Below are positions 58,306-64,000 of a stretch of 64,000 nucleotides of DNA, one piece after another; the stretch's first letter is position 1, and each line of letters opens with the position of its first letter. The translations under genes and the position numbers were made by a program. The notes below the pieces were generated by a model that was given only the letters and a program-made list of their open reading frames with translations, was not told where the DNA came from and ran no database searches. The stretch is from Gemmatimonadaceae bacterium. Lineage in GTDB: Bacteria > Gemmatimonadota > Gemmatimonadetes > Gemmatimonadales > Gemmatimonadaceae. The stretch lies in contig DASROK010000472.1 in the NCBI GenBank assembly GCA_035646915.1, positions 6,600 to 70,599 of the forward strand, read 5' to 3'.

Positions 58306-58449
58306 GACCAGCTCCCGGTGAGGTTATGTCCGATCAGCGAAAGCGAGTATATCAATGGTGCGTCACTTTACCGTCACCACCAAGAACTGACATCGGCCAA
58401 TTCAAGGCACTTTCGTCACTGAGGTTTGTATATTTCGATGTCAGGCGAA

Positions 58450-58814
58450 ATGTGTCGGACGATCGCGATTTAGTGCCTTCATAGCACTAAATCGAGGAAA
58501 GTCCGGGCTCCGTGGGCAAAGCTGCCAGGTAACACCTGGGCATGGTGATTCATCACTGTGACGGAAAGTGCCACAGAAAACAAACCGCCCTCGATTGAGG
58601 GCAAGGGTGAAAAGGTGGGGTAAGAGCCCACCGCGCTTATGGCAACATGAGCGGCACGGCAAACCCCGGCTGGAGCAAGGCCAAGAAGCGGCGAGAGTGC
58701 CACCTCGATCAAGACGCCGCGGGTAGGCTGCTGGAAAGTGCGAGTGATCGTACTTCGAGAGAAATGATCGTCACGACAGGCAACCGTCGTACAGAACCCG
58801 GCTTACAGACACAT
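58450..58814 (+). ncRNA. rnpB: RNase P RNA (type A)
   Basis: GAGGAAAGTCCGGGCTCC, AGTGCCACAGAAA, GGCAAACCC and ACAGAACCCGGCTTA; P1 pairing ATGTGTC/GACACAT. Confidence 0.97.
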
Positions 58815-58827
58815 GCTTGCCCGACAG

Positions 58828-58867
58828 CAGCTCTTCAGGAACCTTTACCTGAAGAGCTGTCTTTTTT
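58828..58867 (+). terminator. rnpB intrinsic terminator
   Basis: CAGCTCTTCAGG-N8-CCTGAAGAGCTG followed by TCTTTTTT. Confidence 0.9.
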
Positions 58868-58889
58868 ACCAACAGAATCAGGTCTCAGC

Positions 58890-59762
58890 ATGTCAGTCAG
58901 GTACCGTCATCGCCTTCTGATTTTCCTCGCTTTCATCACGTCCTGTCGCACAGTAGCCTCACGAACTGAGCCGGAGCCAGTTATCAGAGGAGATTCCTCC
59001 CTATCACCATTGTCACCAGAGTTTTCCCCTCGTGCTTCCTGGATACTTCAACCAGATGAACGCCGGCATCGATACAGATCATCGACCATTTCATCCATCG
59101 TGATGGACCAGCCATCTGCTGAACCACGAGACAGCACGACATTGATGACAAATTTCACAGTGTCCGCCAACAGAGATAGTCGGGGGGTTTTGTATTCGAT
59201 TACAGTGGAAGGTTTATCCCTGACATCAGCCAGCAAGCCTTCTCCGGTAGTGGTCTCGGAATTCTCATCTCCCATTTCATTCACAGAACGTCTTGAAAGA
59301 GGGCAATATTCTCTTGATCCTCCAGCTGACTGCAACACTCAGGTGGGCATTGCGCTTTCAGCTATCCAGCGCTCACTCGTTCTTATTCCGATTCAGCTAC
59401 AAAGAGGTCAAAGCTGGGTGGACAGCACTTCAACAGCAGCGTGCAGCGGATCTATTCCAGTCACCCTTACAGCGTTAAGGCATTATCGAGTGATGGGAGA
59501 AATAACCAACGGAACACGCAAAGGCCTTCTCCTGGAGCGAGTTGATAAAACCTCATCTGTGGGGGAAGGATCTGAAGGACAGCATCGAATTCAGCTCAGA
59601 ACCGAAGGTACCGGCAACACACAGATCCTGATCGATCCTCTAACGGGGGCCTTACTGAAAGCCACAGGAGCTAACACCACCCTGGTTACCGTAACAACGT
59701 CAGGACGTTCTCAAAGATTCACTCAGACGTCCCGGGAGCAACTATTCAAAGACAATGATTAG
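58890..59762 (+). CDS. hypothetical Ser/Thr-rich lipoprotein
   Basis: basic + hydrophobic signal ending ITSC after ATG 58890; the upstream ORF extension overlaps rnpB and was discarded. Confidence 0.7.
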   Translation: MSVRYRHRLLIFLAFITSCRTVASRTEPEPVIRGDSSLSPLSPEFSPRASWILQPDERRHRYRSSTISSIVMDQPSAEPRDSTTLMTNFTVSANRDSRGVLYSITVEGLSLTSASKPSPVVVSEFSSPISFTERLERGQYSLDPPADCNTQVGIALSAIQRSLVLIPIQLQRGQSWVDSTSTAACSGSIPVTLTALRHYRVMGEITNGTRKGLLLERVDKTSSVGEGSEGQHRIQLRTEGTGNTQILIDPLTGALLKATGANTTLVTVTTSGRSQRFTQTSREQLFKDND

Positions 59763-59818
59763 TACTATCTCGGTACTAAATAATAGGGACTTTTATGTCC
59801 TTATGCTACTAATTCGGG

Positions 59819-60931
59819 TTAATCAACCAGCCTCAGGGGCATAACGAGGCAGAGATAGGAAGCCGAATCAGACCATCCTTCTGGTTCCAGAGTCGCTGCC
59901 CGTTCCGGAGCCTTTAGCGTGATACGAACGTCGTCTGTGGGTATATACCGAAGGATTTCAAGGAGATAGCTGGCATTGAACCCAATATCCAGCTGATCAC
60001 CTGTAAATCGAATTGGCAGCTCATCCTGGGCTTCACCCAGATCCGGAGTCTGTACGCTAAACTTCAGCATTCCAGAATTGAACGAGAGTCTTATTCTATG
60101 CGTTTGATCTGATGCTACCACTGACATTCTCTTCAACGCACTGACAAGAGCCGCCTTGTCTGCAACCGCTACCCGGTCATTATCCTTGGGAATAACCTGT
60201 TCATAGTTCGGATAAGGTCCTTCAATCAGTCTTGTATAGACAGCAGTGAAAGGTGAGCGAAATCCGATATGATTTTCACCACGTCCAATTTCCAGTTCTT
60301 CTTCCGCAGGAAATAAACGCCTTACCTGCTCCAGTGCCTTGGGCGGAACGATCAGATCGTTAGATGGAGCTGAGTCAGACGTAACAGGAACTGTCATTCG
60401 AGCAAGTCGATGACCATTCGTTGCAATCATACTCATTCGCTCGGGTCTCAATTCCCACAACACTCCATTCAGAATCGGCCGACTCTCCTCAGTTGACACA
60501 GCAAACGAAGTATGCGAAATCAGCTTTTGTAGATCTCCAGACTTGATCCTCCAGCTTTCGTCAAACCGTACTGCTGGAAAGGTCGGAAATTCATCCCTTG
60601 GCAGCCCAAGTAGTTTGAACTTCGATCGACCACACTCAAGTGTAATCCGCTGTTCTCCGACAGCCGCAATTTTTACTGGAGCTGGTGGCAGCTCCCGGGC
60701 AATTTCAGAGAGTTTCTTCGCAGGAATCGTTACCGCGCCTGAGGCTTCAACATCCGCTGCTACCTCTGTACTCACCGCAATATCCAGATCCGTTCCTGAG
60801 AGCTTAATCCCTCGATCTGTCGTTTCAACCAGGATGTTTGCCAGCACTGGAAGAGTAGTCTTCACAGGAATGCTCGCTGTAACCGCGTTCAACCCTTCCT
60901 GAAGCTTCTCACGAGAGATTGTAAGACGCAT
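59819..60931 (-). CDS. dnaN: DNA polymerase III beta clamp
   Basis: GTDLD, RPILNGV, ATNGHRLA, GPYPNYEQVIP and VMPLR motifs. Confidence 0.98.
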   Translation of the reverse strand: MRLTISREKLQEGLNAVTASIPVKTTLPVLANILVETTDRGIKLSGTDLDIAVSTEVAADVEASGAVTIPAKKLSEIARELPPAPVKIAAVGEQRITLECGRSKFKLLGLPRDEFPTFPAVRFDESWRIKSGDLQKLISHTSFAVSTEESRPILNGVLWELRPERMSMIATNGHRLARMTVPVTSDSAPSNDLIVPPKALEQVRRLFPAEEELEIGRGENHIGFRSPFTAVYTRLIEGPYPNYEQVIPKDNDRVAVADKAALVSALKRMSVVASDQTHRIRLSFNSGMLKFSVQTPDLGEAQDELPIRFTGDQLDIGFNASYLLEILRYIPTDDVRITLKAPERAATLEPEGWSDSASYLCLVMPLRLVD

Positions 60932-61188
60932 TCCCTGAATTTCCTGTTTGTGGACAGTTCTAAGGTAGTTACTACAACCCTCTAGTAGATAAATAACTAG
61001 TAGTCGTAGTAGAGCTGTGTTGATACGTGGAAGAACGGCAGAAGTTATTCAATTTAAGGTACTTCCGCTATTGATCCTTATGTTATTGGCTGAGGAGGAA
61101 CGGCCAATTTTGAAGAAGGAACAAACATGAATTTGTGACTTAGGTAGGTTATCTCATGGCTTCCAGGACCGAGCGTACTTTATCCACA
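60932..61188. other. oriC: replication origin oriC (unwinding region)
   Basis: AT-rich dnaA-dnaN spacer; DnaA-trios TAGTAGTCGTAGTAG (60998-61012) next to degenerate DnaA boxes; CTGTCCACA at 60949-60957 (minus); perfect TTATCCACA at 61180-61188. Confidence 0.85.
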
Positions 61189-62534
61189 CGAATTTTGAAT
61201 AATGGGTCAGTTTGTGTGGCATCAGAAATTTTCTCGATACTGTGGATTACGGTAGAATGATCACGACCTCCAAATGCACTTCCAATTTCCATGAGCTGTG
61301 TTCCGAGCAGCTCGCGAGTTAGAAACATCGCAATCTGACGTGGCAAAGTCAGAGTTTTAGTCCGAGTCTTAGAACGAAGCCCTTCCGGAGTTACTCCCCA
61401 TTCCCGTGATACTATCTGTTGAATTGTTGTGATAGAGAGGGATGGTTGCGTTCCTTCGGATGGCAGGTCTGAGCGCAACTTGTCGCGAAGAGCTTCACGA
61501 GCAACATCGACAGAAATATCCTGGTGCTTCAGTGAGGCATATGCGAGAAGCTTGATGATAGATCCCTCGAGCTCACGTACGCTTGAGCGAACATTTTCTG
61601 CGATGAAGCGAATTACATCGTCGGGAATTGTATACTCGAGATGATCGAGATGTGCCTTCTGTTGGAGAATGGCAACACGATGCTCAAAATCCGGCAGCTC
61701 GATGTCAGCAACCATTCCCCACTGAAAGCGGCTGACGAGACGGCTCTCGAGTCCAGCTATTTCTGATGGAGCTCGATCACTCGTCAGAACAATCTGACGG
61801 CCGGCTTCATAAAGAGCGTTGAATGTGTGGAAAAACTCCTCCTGAGTTGCTTCTTTTCCCTTAAGAAAGTGGACATCGTCGACGAGCAGGAGATCAGTTT
61901 CACGATACTGTCGTCGGAAGGCAGCATTTGAGCGAGTTTGGATCGCCGCCACAAGCTCGTTGGTAAACTGCTCTGTTCCGACAAATGTGATACGAGTTTG
62001 TGGATTTCTTTCAATAATATCATGGGCAATTGCCTGCATGAGGTGAGTTTTCCCCAAGCCGGTAGCCCCATAAAGGAACAGAGGATTGTAGACTTTTCCA
62101 GGAGCTTGTGAGACGGCATGTGCAGCTGCAGCCGCAAGCTCGTTCGACTTTCCGATGACAAAGTGGTCGAACGTGTATCTGTCGCTCAGTTGCGCTAAAC
62201 TGGCGTTCAACTGGCTCTTTGCTGTTGCAGAATTTACTGGTGGTGGAGCAACGAAGAAATCCATCTGTGAGCGCTTTTTGCGCTCTTCATTTACCCTGAA
62301 GACGACCTTAATTGGGTGTCCAAGCGCAATTGGTGCGTAACTCGCGAAGAGGTCAGCATGCTTAGACTCGTTCCAGTCGGCAGCAAACTGATCCGGAACC
62401 CCGATTAATAGAATTCGGCCTTCGATGCTCAGGGCTTCAGTTGGCTCGAGCCAGGTGCGGAAGGTTTGCTCAGGAATATCCTGGCGTGCTCTGTCGAGAA
62501 GTCTCTTCCAGGTTTCTGCGGGCGTGAGTGACAT
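61149..62534 (-). CDS. dnaA: chromosomal replication initiator
   Basis: YNPLFLYGATGLGKTHL, QEEFFHTFN and FGGRDHSTVIH motifs. Confidence 0.99.
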   Translation of the reverse strand: MSLTPAETWKRLLDRARQDIPEQTFRTWLEPTEALSIEGRILLIGVPDQFAADWNESKHADLFASYAPIALGHPIKVVFRVNEERKKRSQMDFFVAPPPVNSATAKSQLNASLAQLSDRYTFDHFVIGKSNELAAAAAHAVSQAPGKVYNPLFLYGATGLGKTHLMQAIAHDIIERNPQTRITFVGTEQFTNELVAAIQTRSNAAFRRQYRETDLLLVDDVHFLKGKEATQEEFFHTFNALYEAGRQIVLTSDRAPSEIAGLESRLVSRFQWGMVADIELPDFEHRVAILQQKAHLDHLEYTIPDDVIRFIAENVRSSVRELEGSIIKLLAYASLKHQDISVDVAREALRDKLRSDLPSEGTQPSLSITTIQQIVSREWGVTPEGLRSKTRTKTLTLPRQIAMFLTRELLGTQLMEIGSAFGGRDHSTVIHSIEKISDATQTDPLFKIRVDKVRSVLEAMR

Positions 62535-62545
62535 AGGGGACGCAA

Positions 62546-62574
62546 ACCGTAGCCCATGATTGTGGAAAAGTCAA
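62546..62574 (-). promoter_or_regulatory. dnaA promoter with embedded DnaA box
   Basis: TTGACT-N17-TACGGT; TTTTCCACA (62561-62569) lies at the -35/spacer junction. Confidence 0.75.
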
Positions 62575-62681
62575 TCACACCAGCCTCAAGGTACATCTAG
62601 CCGACTTGTCGTATCTGTAGGCAGGGATTAGTTTTAGAGGCTGTTTTCGTTAGAAGTTCAATCAGTAATTTTGGAGCATCA

Positions 62682-62846
62682 ATGGGTAAGCCAACCTACC
62701 GTCCCCGGAACAAGCGACGCATTCGCTCTCACGGGTTTCGGGAGAGAATGTCGACTCGATGGGGCCGGGAAGTTCTGAGCCGCCGCCGAAAAAAGGGAAG
62801 AAAGCAGCTGACGGTCCAGCTGCCCAGCAAATACGCCGGCGCCTAA
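62682..62846 (+). CDS. rpmH: 50S ribosomal protein bL34 (absent from the ORF track)
   Basis: [54 protein letters not shown]; GGAG RBS; promoter TTGTCG-N17-TAGTTT at 62606-62634. Confidence 0.97.
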   Translation: MGKPTYRPRNKRRIRSHGFRERMSTRWGREVLSRRRKKGRKQLTVQLPSKYAGA

Positions 62847-63201
62847 GAAACTCGGCTATCCGCGGAGTCGTAGACTTACGCGGGAATCAGATCTGGAGCA
62901 GGTGAAGAGAGCAGGGAGACGACTGCGTACCGAACATCTCGACGTTCGGGCCAACGACTCCCTGCTTTCGTATGCAAGAGCCGCTGTAATTGTTGGGAAG
63001 CACGGTCATACGATCGTGGAGCGAAACCAATTGCGCCGCAGACTGCGTGAGCTTGTACGGTTGAAGATTCTTTCTGCAATGAAAGCGAACGACATCATCG
63101 TCCGCGTATTTCCATCTGCCTATGACTCGAGCTTTAATCAGCTGTCGAATGAGGTCGACGAGGTGCTCGCAATGCTTCAGCAGCCATCTGCAGAAACATG
63201 A
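62833..63201 (+). CDS. rnpA: RNase P protein component (start codon uncertain)
   Basis: [15 protein letters not shown]-like motif; position between rpmH and yidD; N-terminal YPRSRRL lies upstream of the first GTG (62902). Confidence 0.88.
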   Translation, partial: TPAPKKLGYPRSRRLTRESDLEQVKRAGRRLRTEHLDVRANDSLLSYARAAVIVGKHGHTIVERNQLRRRLRELVRLKILSAMKANDIIVRVFPSAYDSSFNQLSNEVDEVLAMLQQPSAET

Positions 63202-63407
63202 AGAACATACTGGTGCTTGGAATTCGTGGTTATCAACTATGGATATCGCCACTACTTCCTGCAGCGTGCCGCTATTATCCAACCTGCTCAGCGTATGCGA
63301 TCGAGGCGATCGAAAAGCACGGCTCACTCTCAGGTACATGGATGGCACTTCGCAGGATTGCAAGATGCCATCCCTTCAGGCCGGGCGGATACGACCCGGT
63401 CCCATAA
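63198..63407 (+). CDS. yidD: membrane protein insertion efficiency factor
   Basis: [15 protein letters not shown] and RCHPF..GGYDPVP motifs. Confidence 0.96.
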   Translation: MKNILVLGIRGYQLWISPLLPAACRYYPTCSAYAIEAIEKHGSLSGTWMALRRIARCHPFRPGGYDPVP

Positions 63408-64000
63408 ATGGATAAACGACTCCTAATCGCACTTCTTCTGACCGCAATTATAGTTGCGGTTACTCCTGTTCTGTTTCCTACGCCGAAGCGTACTCCAACA
63501 ACAGCAAGCGTCAGCTCTCAGCGAGTCAGCGATTCAGCCGTATCTGCAAAACCCGTACAGGCTGTCAATGAAACAGCCCCTGCGCGAGTAGGAACGGTTA
63601 CAGATTCGACTTCTGTCGCTCCCGTTTCTCAGTCAGCTCAGGGAAGGGTAGTGACTATCGACACTGAGCGAGCGAGCTATCAGTTCGCAACGCTTGGTGC
63701 TGCTCCTGTCTCAGTTCTGATGAAGAATTACAGGAACCTTTCTCCGACGAATGGACAGGTCGTGTTGAAGGTTCCCGGTCAGGAACTCCTTACCTATGCA
63801 CTTGTCACCGGGCGAGATACAGTGCGTTTGAGGAATACAGATTTTCAGGTAAGCCAGGCGTCAGGACCAACTGGAGAGACATCGGTCACGTTTCGTGGCA
63901 TTGCGAACGGTCTTGGCGTGACGATCAGTTACCACATTGTTCCGCAGAAGTATGTCATGCGAGTGTCGGGACGTGTCGACAATTCTCCAGCTCAGACTTT
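63408..64000 (+). CDS. yidC: membrane protein insertase YidC (5' part, truncated by the window edge)
   Basis: ATG right after the yidD stop; MDKRLLIALLLTAIIVAV TM helix; canonical rpmH-rnpA-yidD-yidC order. Confidence 0.88.
   Translation, partial: MDKRLLIALLLTAIIVAVTPVLFPTPKRTPTTASVSSQRVSDSAVSAKPVQAVNETAPARVGTVTDSTSVAPVSQSAQGRVVTIDTERASYQFATLGAAPVSVLMKNYRNLSPTNGQVVLKVPGQELLTYALVTGRDTVRLRNTDFQVSQASGPTGETSVTFRGIANGLGVTISYHIVPQKYVMRVSGRVDNSPAQT

Noticed and set aside
58441-58889. ORFs overlapping rnpB, including the 58647 extension of the lipoprotein
   Set aside because: The region is RNase P RNA plus its terminator, and the signal peptide begins at ATG 58890.
62682-62846. Thermus-style rnpA starting upstream of rpmH and fully overlapping it
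   Set aside because: An in-frame TGA at 62809-62811 closes the rnpA frame.
1-64000. Prophage, IS, integron, defence island, tRNA or rRNA
   Set aside because: No recognisable integrase, transposase, phage, cas, restriction-modification or cloverleaf/rRNA signatures were seen.

Overview
Core-genome window of a moderately GC-rich bacterium. Gene content and style suggest Gemmatimonadota, which is an inference. The window spans the replication origin, with dnaN-oriC-dnaA on the minus strand and rpmH-rnpA-yidD-yidC on the plus strand. It also contains rnpB, polA, mnmG, two parS sites with parAB, an arg cluster with tandem ARG boxes, ispG, murB, a nucleoside-type ABC transporter and a Ku-LigD NHEJ operon. 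I found no mobile elements, CRISPR arrays, tRNAs or rRNAs. Signals the ORF track misses or does not explain: (1) a thioredoxin-NHL protein that reads through an in-frame TGA in a DFWTYG-U-INC motif, followed by a SECIS-like hairpin, so a probable selenoprotein; (2) a divergently transcribed basic protein built from histone-H3-tail-like ARKS repeats; (3) beta-clamp-binding-like motifs in DnaA itself (QMDFF), in a small orphan protein beside the NHEJ operon (QLDLPL) and possibly in a PolA insertion; (4) rnpA apparently starting at a non-canonical ACG inside rpmH; (5) two genes whose start codons overlap head-to-head in one CATG; (6) several apparent pseudo-enzymes and clear operator palindromes. 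All calls come from reading the sequence, and no database searches were run.
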